Assembly (NCBI GenBank): GCA_030265395.1
Contig: JARFYF010000001.1
Location: 31,677,901 to 31,741,900 of the forward strand
DNA from: Rhina ancylostomus
Taxonomy: Eukaryota
Length of the DNA stretch: 64,000 nt
Direction of reading: 5' to 3'
In this document: in pieces, positions 36,991 to 50,289 of the stretch
Layout of the letters: each line of letters starts with the position of its first letter
Position numbering within the stretch: the first letter of the stretch is position 1
Translations under genes and position numbers: made by a program
The notes under the pieces: generated by a model
The model's input: the letters and a program-made list of their open reading frames with translations, nothing else
What the model was told of the DNA's origin: nothing
The model's database searches: none

Positions 36991-38439
36991 ATTGATTGAA
37001 ATGCTCTGAGCCAGCATAGACCCAATGGACTGAATGGCCTCCTTCTAGGTCATAAGAAAATCCAGGAAATATGTTCGGGGGAACCCAGGGGAACAGAGAT
37101 CAGAGGAACAGCAATTAATCAGATCAACCATCAGGTCCGTACATCAGGAACTGGTCCCAGGAGTGACTGCCAGCCATTACCTCCCACCTTTGGAGGTGAA
37201 GCCCAGCACCAGCCCATGGATCACACACAGAGGAGCTTTCAGTGCTGAGAGAATGAATCAACAGTGGCCAAATCCTACCCCCTTATTATCTGTGGTGGTA
37301 TATAAAAGATATTACATGGGTGCCTATTAGTGAACAGTAGCCTTACAGTGCTTAAAAGGCAGAAGTGGCTGAATTATTTTATCCTTTGTGTTTGTCAGAC
37401 AGAAGAAAATCTATAATGCAAGTATCCAAACTCATTGTAACAATATCAGACACAGAAATGAAAGGAAAATGATCAATTCTACCACTTAACTGTCCTTTCA
37501 GTTTGTGTCAAGCCACCTGGTAGAACAGTCCCTGTTACACAACACACTCAGACAGTGGCCAGCTGCATAAATGCCCACATCTTATGTGTCCGGATTACAA
37601 GTCCATCCAGGATCAGAATCAAGCCAACAGCCATCCAGCCCCTTGAGCCAGTCATGGCCAATCCCGAGCCTCGCCCACATGTCCATCTGATAGCACGCCT
37701 CTTGATAGCTTGGCACAGTGGGCAACAGACTCACTTCTGTGCCACACTTATGGGTCCAAACCCCCATCCACAGCTGTGCGCCCATAAATTGAGGCTGATG
37801 TTTCCAAGAATATTGATGGATTATACGCTGGTAAACCTGCAGTGTATTATCTCACAAATTTACAAAATGTGATCCAGAGACTGCGGTGGAACCTGACTTC
37901 AGGGTGGAGTTCAACGTCCACATGTTACAACATGGCTAACCGAGTGCACGGAACAGATGACAAGTTCCTGCCGTCCAACTCCCGCCCCACCTTTTGCCTC
38001 GGTCTGGGTCAGTTAGCCCACCAATGCACACCCTCTGGGAACCAGCCCCTGGAGGAAGGTGCCAGCTATAAATTGCAGAGGTTCAGGTGGATGTGGAAGG
38101 TCTCTGGCAGATTATATTTCTTGAAGATAATACAAATGACCCCAGTTAATCAAAGACCCCACCCACCCTGGATAGTCTCTTTTCTCCCCCTCCCACCGAG
38201 CAGAAGATACAAAAGCCTGAAAGCACATACCACTAGGCTCAAGGACAGCTTCTATCCCATTATAAGACTATCAAATGGTCTCNNNNNNNNNNNNNNNNNN
38301 NNNNNNNNNNNNNNNNNNNNNNNNNNNNNNNNNNNNNNNNNNNNNNNNNNNNNNNNNNNNNNNNNNNNNNNNNNNNNNNNNNGCACCCCAATCGTTCATT
38401 CGACTCTTGGACTCCAAACAAGTGTCCCGTGTCTTTATT

Positions 38440-38690
38440 CAGTGTAGCTAGTCGCTACACTCTCCACATTCCCATCAACTCACCTCCAATTCTTCCACCT
38501 ACACTCCGGACTATTTACAGTGGCCAATTAACCTACCAACCTGCATGCCTTTGGGATGTGGGAGGAGACTTGGGGCAACCAGAACAAACCCACAGAGTCA
38601 CAGGGAGAGCATGCAAGACTAGCCACAGGAGATCAGGATCGAACCCGAGTCACTGAAGCTCTACTAGCTGTGTCACTGTACTGCCCTACT
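38440..38690 (-). mobile_element. V-SINE
   Basis: tttgggatgtgggaggag..aaacccacagagtcacagggagag..ggatcgaacccgagtc (reverse B-box). Confidence 0.75.
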
Positions 38691-40429
38691 GTGTGATGCT
38701 GACCTAGGAGAGGGATGATGGTGAAAGGGGATGTGGAAGTAGAAACTCCACTTAAAATGCTCCCTCTTTCAGCCAATTTTCACCCCTCAGGAAATACCTG
38801 ACTTGCTTTTATTCAGATGGGACAACATCTTAATACTCACTCCAAATGGGGCTCAATTTTCTGTTTCCCTAGTGATCTTCTAAAGCCCCAGGGAAAACAT
38901 TCTACCCTGGTTTAACTTGAAGAAAAATTAAAGACATTATTGCCTCCTGAAGACGTTAATTGAACCACCAATTAGGCATTTGCCTGTAAGTTTTAAATCC
39001 CTGACTTCAGTGAATAGGGATCCTGCCGGCATTGAAATGTGCTGCTGTTAAACTTGAAAGTGGGAGCATTAAGGCGGGGCTGTGGTCCCGATCAAGATTT
39101 CATTAATTTTCACCCAAGACTAGGCTGCTTCCGCTGCAAATGGTCCTGGGCAGCCAAAACTCTTTGGCCACTCGTTTACCACCTGGAGCTGAAACTCGCC
39201 CCCAGACTCAATGAATTCAACGCAGAAAGCATTAACGCTGTATCCCCAAAGTCATATCTTCAAATTGCACAGTCGCGCTGATTCTGAAGATCATATTGAT
39301 GAAGAAGTGAAGTTTCTTCTAGGAATGTTTCTGATTTAACAAAGGCTAACCTTTGCCACAAGATTTATGTTCTTTTACTTCCTTCAACTTTGATGAAAGA
39401 CTGTCAGATTTGATTTCTCCAACCAATGCCAGAGCTTTGCCCCTCGCAAGAGAACCACTGAAGTTTTGTTTCATTTATTGCCAGGACATCAAAAATAGTG
39501 CCTAGAGTACAGACTAATGATGTGGGAGTCTTGAAAACTGTTTGAGGTGCAGGCTGCAGGGCACTTGCTGCCCAATCTGTCCAAGTAATGGCTTCCATGT
39601 TTATGCTGACAAGATGTTTCTTTCAATAATTCTGCTGGTTGCTTTACGAGGTTCATTAAAATAAATCAGCAGCAAAAGACCGTAAAAACAATAAATGCTG
39701 GAAACACATCACAGCTAAGTCTACATCTGTAAAGAAAAAGAATGGGTTATGGTTTTAGGCAGTGCTCCTCTGCAGAACTGAAATGAAAAGTGAAAAGCAT
39801 TTTATTTGAATCAAAGAGCAGGGAAAGGAAAACAAAGCAACACATACCACCATTCTGAAAAGGGAAGCTGATGACTCAGTATTCTGATCCTTGTTCAACA
39901 CAAAAGCAGGAGGTTGTTAAATGATCTGAGGAATGCCCTTAGACAGAAGAGACAACAATAAAGAAACAATATTATGTGCAAATCACCAGGTTAGTGAGGG
40001 GCATAATTTGCAGCGAGGTAAGATAGTGGTAGGGAATTAAAAAGAAAAAAAAGAGAGCGCGCCTGGAACTTGGAGGTGAAGTATAAATTGGTCAAAGCTA
40101 GAGATCAGAGAAATGGCAGAGTGAGTGAGAGAAAGGTAAAATGCTAGACCTCCGAAATAAACTGACAATTCTGGATGTGTTCACCAGGTCTAGCAGCATC
40201 TGTGGAGGGAGATATGGAGTTGACGTTTCAGGTCAATGACCTTTCCTCACGAAGACAAGATAATGATTGGGTTAGGAATTTGATTGGTTGAGTGTACTAA
40301 ATTCATAATATAGTAGCATAGGCAGGTGGAACCACTCTGGAAACTCAGTCTTGGAATCAAATTTCAGAAGTGGAGTTTAATGTGACTTTGCTGCTAAATT
40401 AGCAGTTAGTGCATGCGACCAATGACATA

Positions 40430-42140
40430 AGAAGGTAAGAGCATTAAAAATGGAGCTGGATTAGGCCACTTGGACCCTCAAACCTGTTCCACCATTCAAC
40501 AAGATCATAGCTGATCCTCTACTTCAACACCATTTTACTACTTTATTGCTCTATACCCCGCCCCCATCCCTTGATTCCTCTAATACCCAGACATCTATCG
40601 ATCTGTTTTGAATGCTGTCAATGACTGAACCCCCAAGATCTCGGATTGCCACCCTCTGATTAAAGACTTTTCTCCTTATTTCAGTCCTAAGCGGCCTAAC
40701 CCTTATTTGAGACTCTGATCCCTAGTTCTGGACTCCTCAGCTGGAGGAAACATTTTCACTGTATTTACTCTTTGTATCCTCTAAGAGTTTCTAATGAAGA
40801 TAGAGGCCTCACTCTACTCTAATCACATGACAGCCCTACCATTCAAGCAACCAGTCCAATGAGTCATTACTGCACTTCCTCTGTACTAAGAATTTATTTC
40901 TTTAAGTAACAACGCCAAATTAACACACAATACAGCAGATGTGGTTCACGGAGGCTCTATATAACTTAGAAAGATATCTTGACTCTTACACCCAAATCGT
41001 CATATGTAACAGCCAACTTACTATTTGTGATGAAAATCATAAGAATCTGCTGATAGTGGAAATCTGAAATAAAAACAAGTGCTGGAAATATTCAGCAGAT
41101 CTGGCAACATCTGTGGAGAGAGCTGATATAGTGCATAATCTTCTGTGTATCACCAGGACTTACTTTCTTGTACTATTTGCCTTCTTGGTTGCCTGCTTGT
41201 AATTTATGTACAAAGATACCCTTTGAACATCAAAATTCCCCAACATTTCATTATTTAAAAGATACTCATCAATTTTGTTTTTCTTCCCGAGTGGATAACC
41301 TCATATTATTCCAGATTCCACTTCAACTGCCATATTGTTTCCCACTCACTCAGCTTGTCTACATGCACCCTCCTCACCACTCACATTCTCACTTAGTGTT
41401 GTGTCATCAAACTTGGAAATGTTATGTTTGGTACCATCAGCCAAATCGTTGATATAGATTGGGAATAGTTGGGACCCAAGTACCAAATCACTTCAACGTT
41501 CCTCTAGTCACAGCCTAAGAATGATTTGTAGATTCCTACTCTTTGTTTTCTATCTGTAATTAATTCTCAGTCCAGACTAGATTACGTTTGCCAATTGTGT
41601 GTGCTCTAACCTTGTTCAGTGGGACCTTATCAAAAGCCAGCCGAACATTTAAATACACCCCACCTATTGGTTTTCCCTCACCTATTCTTCCATAGAACTC
41701 CAATAGATTTGTTAAACATCATCTTGTCTTTCATAATTCCATGTAGATTCTTCTCAATCATATCATTATTTTCGAAGTGTCCCGACACCATGTCCTTTAT
41801 TATAGATTCCAACATTTCCCCAACGACCGATGTCAGGCTAACAGGCTGATAGCTCCCTGTTTTCATTTTCCTTCCTCTCAAAAATAGTGGGCTCACAATT
41901 GCTGCTTTCCAATTGCATGAACTATTCTGCAGTTACCTTTGTCAAAACTCTGGAATTTAGTTCGTCAAGGTCTTGGGATTTATATACTTTACTCATATTA
42001 CTTTCTTTTACTTCCTCTCCTGCACTGGGCTCATGGTGTCCAGTATTATCAGGAAGGTTTTTTTGAAGACAAGCAAAATGTTCATGTTTAATTCCTTGCC
42101 ACTTTTTTATTCTCCATTATTAGTTTTTCCACCTCTAATT
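40430..42140 (-). mobile_element. Decayed CR1 LINE (RT to 3' end)
   Basis: GSYQPVSLTSVVGEMLESIIKD in ORF 41678-41896; 3' tail near 40430-40520. Confidence 0.85.
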
Positions 42141-42147
42141 GAAAAGG

Positions 42148-42555
42148 TATCATGGTTCTGTACTGGCCCTTGATTTGGCTCCTTAGATGCCTTGCTGTCC
42201 AGCACATGGATTCCATGCTGGACTGATTGTATAATGACACACACCTGAGCCCCATCAAGGGCCTAGCATAAGTACCTGGGTTTCTCTAGCACTAGTTGCC
42301 AGAGTATTGGTCAACCTTTGGGTATACTTTGGCTCCTGGCTGCTTAGAGTGGTCTACTCTAGAGCAGTTCTGTGTTCTCTATTCCTGTTGGAAGATTCAG
42401 TTTGTGTTGGGATTCCTACTCAGATCTCTGAGGCAAGATTCCTTCCTCCTCCTGCTGCTGGTGTTTGGTCCTCAGGAAGTATCCTGACTCCAATCCTGTA
42501 CTAGAGTGCTGCATTTGGGTTTTCTGTGAGATTGCTCTTGCTCAATGTTGTGACA
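42148..42555. mobile_element. Second solo LTR copy, no TSD
   Basis: Colinear and highly similar to 30253-30658, ending in GTGACA. Flanks aaagg and agaat do not match. Confidence 0.75.
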
Positions 42556-42900
42556 AGAATTGCAGTGGGTTGAGGTTGTCTGGGAGGCTGAAGTTGATGT
42601 GTGCCTCTCAAAGCACTTCATGATGGTGGATATTAGAAACACTGGGCAGTAGTCATTAAGGCACATTAACTTGTTTTTCTTGGGTACTGGGATGATGGTG
42701 GCCTTCTTAAATCAGGTGGGAATGTCTGACTGAAGCAGGGAGAGGTTAAAATATCTGTGCTGGCTGATCTGCACAAGATCTAAGAACATGGCCAGGGATG
42801 CTATCCTGGCCAAATGCTTTCTGTGGGTTCACTCTCCAGAAGACTGATCTCACACTTGCAATGGTGACTGGGTTCAGGTGCAGGTCTGATGATGCCATCC
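42556..42900 (-). mobile_element. Rex1 RT fragment
   Basis: [20 protein letters not shown] matches the Rex1 motif LNDYRPVALTS.IMKCFER. Confidence 0.75.
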
Positions 42901-42949
42901 TCCTTTTTCATTATTTATGAATCCCTCTCCACCCATATCCATTCCACTT

Positions 42950-43830
42950 CCTGCACTTCTGTTCTCACCCTTTCTCCTCTCTACCAGTACAAAGGTATGG
43001 TTCTTCTTGTCCTTGCCCTCCATCTTCTAGTCTCTCTATATTAAACAGATTGCACTTGGTAATTTCAAACTCCTGGCACATGATGCTACCACCAGACACA
43101 TTTTAACCTTTTTTATCTCTTGGAGTTCCAAAAGGACATTTCTTCTGCAGTTATCTGGCCATTTTTGCATTTTTATTTATACATGTTCTCCTTCCCAAGG
43201 TGCCACTGTGCCACTACAGGTGATGCAAAACCTGCACTTTTACCTCTTCCCTTCCAACTGTCCAGGCTCTCACCCTCTTTCTATGAGAGGTAACAATTTA
43301 CTTTGAATGTATTTTACTTTATTTGTTGCTTACTATGAAACTTCCTAGATTGGGGAAAACTAAATGCAGATTGGATGACTGCTTGGCAGAGCACCTCCAC
43401 TCAGTGATGGGAGATGACACTGATCTTCCAGCCACCAGTTGCTTTAATTCCCTGTCTAACTCTCACTCTGGTCTCTCTAACTTGGACCTCCTATACCACT
43501 CCTGTGAAGCTCAATGCAAGCTTGAGACTTGAGGCATGACATGTTCTCTTCCAACTGGGCACATTATAGCCTTCCAGATGCAGAAATGTTATTCAGATAT
43601 TCAGTGTTTTTGGCTTTTTATTTGAGATTTCCAGAATTTTCCTTTGGTAAATTCAGATAATGCCCATTTTTTTCCTCAATTTACTGGCTGTCTAGACACC
43701 CCCTCTTTCCCCTTACTTGTCCCATTACAATATTTTTTCATTATAATTTCATCTGTTCATATACCTTCCCTTTTTATGGTCTCCGCAGTACTGTCTGACC
43801 TGCTGAATATTTTGAGCTGTTTTCTTTCTG
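42950..43830 (+). mobile_element. Penelope-like element, GIY-YIG remnant
   Basis: LGKTKCRLDDCLAEHLHSV..ATSCFNS.S.SHS..EAQCKLE, followed by hairpin-family terminal sequence. Confidence 0.75.
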
Positions 43831-45229
43831 GTTAAGCCATAAACATATGCTTCTTTTCACACCCTTTTCCTCAGCCTCATACCCTCACCCCCAGTCTCCA
43901 ATCCCCTCTTCCCTCTCCACCTCAGTACCCTTTTCCCCATACCCACTCTTTCCCTCATATCCCCACCACTGAATCCTACCCTTTTCTCTCAATTAGTTCA
44001 TGATTGTAATTCAACTCCACTTCTCATTTACCTGCAATAACCTTTCACTCCTTGCTTATCAAGGTTCTATCTACTTCTGTCTTAAAAATATTCAAATCTC
44101 TGCTTTCACTGCCCTTTGAAGAAGAAAGTTCCAAAGGCCCATGACCCCTTGAGAGAAAAAAATCTCTGATCTTTTTCTGAAATGCACAACTCCTTATTTT
44201 TAAGCACTGATCCTTAATTCTGGTACTTACTACCCTGGAAAACATCTTCTCCACATTCACTCTGAAAAGACCACTCAAAACTTACAGAATATAGTGAAAA
44301 CAAGGCATTCCTGACCCCCAAAGATTTGTCTAGGCAGTAGAGAGTTTTTTTATTTCATTAAATGCATGGTGTCTGTTATCACCAGCTGCAATTTCTAGTA
44401 AATTTTAGTTATTCTGATCCTGTCAAAAAGGTCTATTTTCTTGTGCTTAAAATAAAATTCCATACTGCAGTAATGTTTAAAGAAGTAAAATGCACAAAAC
44501 CAGTTTTCAGGAAATAAGGAAACTGAAATTTGTACACCAGTTGGAACAGAAGAACATAAGACATAGGAGGAGTGGATTAATTGGCCCATCAAGGTTGCTC
44601 CCCCATTCAATGAGTTCATTGGCCTCAACACCACTTTCTCACTCTCTCCCCATATCCCCTGATGTCATTACAATTCAAATGTCTGTTAAGACTGACTGCT
44701 TCCAGTCTGCACTTTAATATTCATGTTATTCCTTGTGTTTTTCCTCTAATATTGAATACTTTCATAAATTCGGTGTAGTTTATTATATAACATGATATCT
44801 GTGTTCGGAAACTTAGAATGATACCAGGCCATGTGACCTTTAATTACATCACACATCACAGCAGGAGACTATAGTAAAATCATTAACAAAGGAATTGTTA
44901 TACATGTAAAAAGTGTGACATCAATGCGTGATGCATTAGCTCCTACATATTGTGCACCTCTGTTCAGTGTAAGAAATGGGTATAATTAGAGAGCATACAA
45001 CCACTGAAGCACGCTTCCTATGCTGGCCGATTCAATGAATGGCTCCAAAACTTAACAACCCTCTCGCCATACAGAATGGAGATGACTGGGTACTAATGTA
45101 ATTCACTCAGGCTGACATTGAGATAAGTTGCTTGCAGCAAACCTACGCTCAAAATCAATTTCTGCAGAAAATGCCCAGCTTTCGTTGGGAAGTTAACGTC
45201 GCTTTTATTTTTTTATTTATTTNNNNNNN

Positions 45230-45900
45230 NNNCGTCTCCAGCCTCCAACTCATCGGTTGGCACCGTGAAGTCACCGGTGGAAGCAGCGTGGCAGGGCTGC
45301 AGGATCTCTGAGCGGGGGAAGGGTGCGCTGCCCCTTTAAATGCGGACCGAGGGCCGCGCCTGCGCAGTGCGGAGAGGCGGATGATGGCAGATCAGGTCGG
45401 ACAACAGGAGGAGGAGGAGCAGGTGTCGGTGGGCAGTGACTCGGGACCCCAGGCTGAGCCCGGGTTTCAGTCCGGTCAAGACATCGGCAGCCCTGCCGGC
45501 AACCGAAGCACGGTACTGATGCGGGGGGCGGGGGGCGGCCTCGGGCCCTCCGAGGTCGGGCGCCGGGGCTTGGGGGTAGTCTCCGCCCGGCTTGGGGAGC
45601 AGCCGCTCCCAGAGGCGGGAGTAACGAGCTCCCTGGCGATTCCCCTTTGCGGGCTTGGGCCAGACCGAGCCGAGCTGGTCGCTACTTTAGAGCCCCTGAT
45701 AGGTGTTCGAAAATGCGGCGGCCGGGGGCGAAGTTCCTGCCCCTCTGCGGGTTCTGTCGCTTCAGAGCCACCGCCTTCCTGCAGGGCTGAGTGTGCTCGG
45801 GTTTTCCAAGGGGCGGGTAATTCACGCCAAGTGTTTCACGGCTGCTGGGTGTATCCAGCTGCTTTGCTGGCTCTTGGGGGCTTTGTGTTGAAATATCCTA
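45230..45900 (+). promoter_or_regulatory. CpG island/promoter of SNX4 with NRF1 motif
   Basis: GC- and CpG-rich block around exon 1. GCGCCTGCGCA at 45356-45366 matches the NRF1 consensus. TTTAAAT at ~45335. Confidence 0.75.
45381..45512 (+). CDS. SNX4: Sorting nexin-4, exon 1
   Basis: ATG within a CpG island. Encodes an acidic, low-complexity N-terminus MMADQVGQQEEEEQ...AGNRST. Phase-0 donor ACG|gtactg is in frame with exon 2. Confidence 0.85.
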
Positions 45901-46599
45901 GATAGGTTTTGGTTCAGATTGGAGGCGCCCCAGTTTATACCCTGATGCACCAACAGTGGATTCTGGGAACACTTCCTGAACCTTTTCGGCATCTTCGGAG
46001 GGAACAGATTTTGTTCAGGCTCCTGGTTGACTCTTCAGATGCACTGCTGTATTCGTGTTTCACCTTCAGTCTTTATCTGTCAGTTTTGTTTGTGGGTCAC
46101 AACTTGTTGATGTGTTGAACTCTGGAACTGATGTGGTCCAGGATTTTCTATTGACTTTATTAGAACAACAAATGGTGCCTGCTCTTATCTTGTGGTGTAA
46201 TTCACTTTTGTCTTGGAGTAATAGAATGATAAATGTGCAATATTGATCAGGGAATATGGGCAGAAGAACTAAGGTGTGTGTGTTTATGGTCCAAATTCCT
46301 TGACAGTTCACAAAGGTGGGATTGCTATTTTGCCAGACAAACTGTGAGGAACTAGTAGGTAGTTTAGTTCCCTGAGAAAATCTTGCTCACTAACAGACTT
46401 TCCCTTTTGGTCAAATAGTACAGAAATAGGGTTAGATAGATCATAGAGAAGGATAAAATGTTGGCACAACATTGTGGGATGAAGGGCTTATGCTATAGTG
46501 TTCTATGTTGTAAGGTAATGGTATCTTTTGGAAGTTCTGTCAAAGCCAGGAGCATGGCCCATGAATTGTTGAACAGCACAGGAGGAGAAGAAGAATGAT

Positions 46600-48430
46600 A
46601 GAGTAATATTAATATGGGGCGGCATGGACATGATGGTGCGTTGTCTCCCTGATACTGGGGGCAAGAATGTTATGGAATGACTGCAGGGAATTGTGAAAGA
46701 AATTGTGGGCTATAATAATACCAATGGTGTGGATGGCAAAAAGAATGAAGTCTTGCAGATGAAGTTTGAGGAGCTAGGAAAGAGGTTTTAAAGAAATGCA
46801 GGATCTTTATGGTAGTAGTCTCAGTGCTACGTGTATCAAGTACAGAAATAGAATAAACTAATGTGCAGCTGGATGGATAGTCAGGTGGGAAGCCTTTAGA
46901 TTTGAGGCATTGGGATAGTTCCTGGAGCAAATGGGACCTGCATTAACTAGAATGTTGCACCTCATTAGGGTTGGAACAAGTATCTTTGCTTGGGTGGGTG
47001 GTTAGCACTATTATGGAGGCTTAAACTAGCTCAGCAGGGGGATTGGAATTTCCAAGGAAACAAAGCAGAAATTAGAAGTTGGACAAGTAGTAAGCAAAAT
47101 CAATGACTAGGAAAAGCTAAGGCAAGCAGTAAATTGGGGTTCAGAGTGCTGAAAGTAGTTGGTGGCAAGTTGAAGCATGCCATATCTCAATGCTCTCAGC
47201 ATTCACAACAAGGAAGATGGATTACTGAAACTAACAGAAGTAAATGGGTATGATCAGAGTACCATTTTTGGAAAAGCTGGGAGCTGAATGTTCAGCTTGA
47301 CCTTTAGGAAAGGTGGGCAAAAAGGAAAAGATGATATAGCACAGTTGATAAAGGAAGAGATCAGTGGAGTGATAAGTTTGGTTTTGCAGATTATGATGTA
47401 GAATTATAATCAGTTTGGGACAAAGTAAGAAATAGTGAAGCTCAGCAAAGATTGAAAACTTATAAATAACTCCTGCCAAATAGTAGTTTGTGATAAGATA
47501 TTTATTTATTAGTCACATGTACATCAAAACACAGTGAAATGCATCTGTGTTACCAAGAATGTGCTAGGGGCAGCCTGCAAGTGTCACTGCTCTTCCGACA
47601 TCAACATAGCATGTCCACAGCTCCTAACCTGTATGTCTTTGAATGCAGGAGGAAAGTGGAGCACCTGGAGGAAAACCACACGGACACGGGGAGAATGTAT
47701 AAACTCCTTACAGACTGGCAGGAATTGAACCCGGGTTGCTGGTGCTGCAATGGCGTTACACTACTGTATTGGGTGGGGCAGAATTCAATAAATTAGGTGT
47801 ACATGATACAATAACCATGGGGAACTTTAATCTACACCTGTGGACAGGATACGTCAAATCAGCAGCAAAGGGGTGGAGAATGAATGGGTGAAATGAATAT
47901 AAGATTGTTTTTCCTCTGTTAATATGGTGAGGAACCAACTAGGAAGGAGGCTATTTTGGAATTTGTTTTATACAGCAAGAAAAGGTTAATTGATAATCTT
48001 GTAGTCAAACTGCATTTTGTGGACAGTGGTTACAATATGTTAGAATTTTGCATTTAGTTTGAAAGTGATGTAGTTTCATGCAAAACTAGCTCTTAAAGGA
48101 AACCATGAAGGAATGAGGAGTTAGTTGTCTTTTACTGGGAAACTGCATTGAAAGGTTGTCGTTGCATAGGTCGTGGGTCACACCTAAGAAATAATGCATA
48201 AATTGCAAACTAAAAAAATCCTTTAAAGACCCACAAATCCAAAAGAAAGTGTTTCATATATCATTGTCAAGAAGAATTACAGTTAAAGGAAGAAATTCAA
48301 AGTTGCCAGAAATAGCTGCAGGCCTGAGGTTGGGGAACATTTTAAAACTTGGCAAAGGAGGACTGAGAATTTGATGAAAAGGCAAGATGAGATATGAGAA
48401 TAAACCAGCAGTAAGTGAAAATAGACAGCA
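46600..48430 (+). mobile_element. Decayed CR1 5' region (ORF1/endonuclease)
   Basis: ataaccatggggaactttaatct (IMGDFN-like) and gaggaaccaactaggaaggaggctattttggaatttgttt (EPTR..AILDLV-like). Confidence 0.6.
47495..47765 (-). mobile_element. V-SINE with Rex1-like tail (copy 1)
   Basis: aagatatttatttattagtcacatgtacatcaaaacacagtgaaatgcatc..ggaattgaacccggg. Same family as 49325 and 57734. Confidence 0.8.
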
Positions 48431-48434
48431 AGAA

Positions 48435-50289
48435 CACAAGAAAATGGTAGCAGGACTAGGCCATTGAGCATTTCAAACCTATCCCACCATTTAATGTGAT
48501 CATTGCTATTTTATGCTGGTCTCAACTCCACTTCTGTACCATTTCTTCATGCCCCTCTTCCTCACTCTATCAAATATTTATCCACTGCCACTTTAAATAC
48601 TTTAAATGATCCAGTTTCCACCACCTGTTGGGGCAGAGAATTTCAGAGATTCGCCACCCACTGTGAGAAGAAATTTCTACATACCTCAGTTTTAAATGAC
48701 CGGTTCCTTGTAGTTGTACCCCCTTGAACAAGACTCTCCCACGAGTGAAAACATCCCAACATCAATCCTGTCGAACCCCCTTGGGAATTAACATATTTGA
48801 GTAAAGTAACCACTCATTCTTCAAAACTCCAAGGAATAGTCTAAACTATTTATTCCCTCTTGGTAGCAACCCCCTCATCCCAGGAATTAGCCTGGTGAAA
48901 GTCCTTTTTACTGCCACCAATATTTCTATATTTGTTTGGATACAGGGTCCAAAACTATTTCTGGTAAGGCTTCAACACCCTGTATGCTAGCAACAAAACC
49001 TACCTATATTTAGTCTCCAACCCCCTTACAATGAAGGTTAAAATGCTGTTTGCCTACTTATCTACTTGTTGGACTTGTCTGCTAGGTTTTTGGGTCCTAG
49101 ATTCCTTTGTACTTCACTAACTTGCAGTTTCTCTCCATTTATGCTGCTGAGTTCCTCCAGTACTTTGTTGCTCCAGATTCCAGCATCTGCAGAATTTCTT
49201 GTCGCTATACAATTTGCCTTTTTGATTTCTCTTATTGAGTACATGACCACTCATTTCCCCACATTAAACTCCATTTGCCAGTCTTTTGCTCACTCACTCA
49301 ATCTATCCATGTCTCATTGCAGAATCAAGACAAGACATCTTTATTAGTCACGTACATCGAAACACAGTGAAATGCATCTTTTGCATAGTGTGTTCTGGGG
49401 CAGCCTGCAAGTGTTGCCACACTTCCAGCGCCAACATAGCATGCCCACAACTTCCTAACCCGTATGTCTTTGGAATGTGGGAGGAAACTGAAGCACCCGG
49501 AGGAAACCCACGCAGACANNNNNNNNNNNNNNNNNNNNNNNNNNNNNNNNNNNNNNNNNNNNNNNNNNNNNNNNNNNNNNNNNNNNNNNNNNNNNNNNNN
49601 NNNNNNNNNNNNNNNNNNNNNNNNNNNNNNNNNNNNNNNNNNNNNNNNNNNNNNNNNNNNNNNNNNNNNNNNNNNNNNNNNNNNNNNNNNNNNNNNNNNN
49701 NNNNNNNNNNNNNNNNNNNNCTCCAGGTCAGTAATGTAAATGATGAACAAATGTGGGTCTAGAACTGATTCCTGCCGTACTTCACTAGTGACCACCTTCC
49801 AGTCTGGAAAGGACCCATTTATTCTAACTCTGTTTTCTATGAGAGAGCCAGTTTTCAATTCATTGTACACACTTCCTCTGATACCATGGGCTTTTAATTT
49901 TGTACACCAGCCTGCTATGCCTTTTGTCAAATGCCTTTTAGAAATTGAAATACACACTATAAACTCTCCCTGTTTCAAACTCAATTCAAGTAAACTTGTC
50001 AAATATGATAAACTTAGTCAATGTGGTTTTATGAAAGTTTAAATCATATTCATCTTTCCTAAATAAGCTATTTCTGCTTTGATTATAGGCTCTGGCAGCT
50101 TGCCAATAATAGCTATTAAATTAACTTGCCTTCTGCTCTTTCCCCCCCTTTTGTTTTGAACAAGGGAGCCACATTTGCTGCTTTCTAAATTTCTGGTACC
50201 CTCCTGGAGTTTAGCAAGTTTATGAAAAGTTTCAGCCAATGGGTCGACTATCTCTGCAGCAGCTGCCTTTAAAAACCCTAGTGTGTGCA
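48435..50289 (-). mobile_element. CR1 LINE (RT to 3' end) with a nested SINE and hairpin
   Basis: KLKAHGIRG..RVRINGSFPDWKVVTSEVRQESVLDPHLFIIYITDLE; LKAAAAEIVDPLAETF. Confidence 0.85.
49325..49720 (-). mobile_element. V-SINE with Rex1-like tail (copy 2, partly N)
   Basis: aagacaagacatctttattagtcacgtacatcgaaacacagtgaaatgc..ggaggaaacccacgcagac. Confidence 0.8.

Noticed and set aside
30253-42555. One full-length 12-kb LTR retrotransposon bounded by the two LTR copies
   Set aside because: Copy 1 has its own TSD on both sides, and no gag/pol or PBS remnants were seen between the copies.
45381-45905. 174-aa ORF as a complete protein
   Set aside because: Only the first 44 codons are SNX4 exon 1; the rest is read-through into the GC-rich intron.
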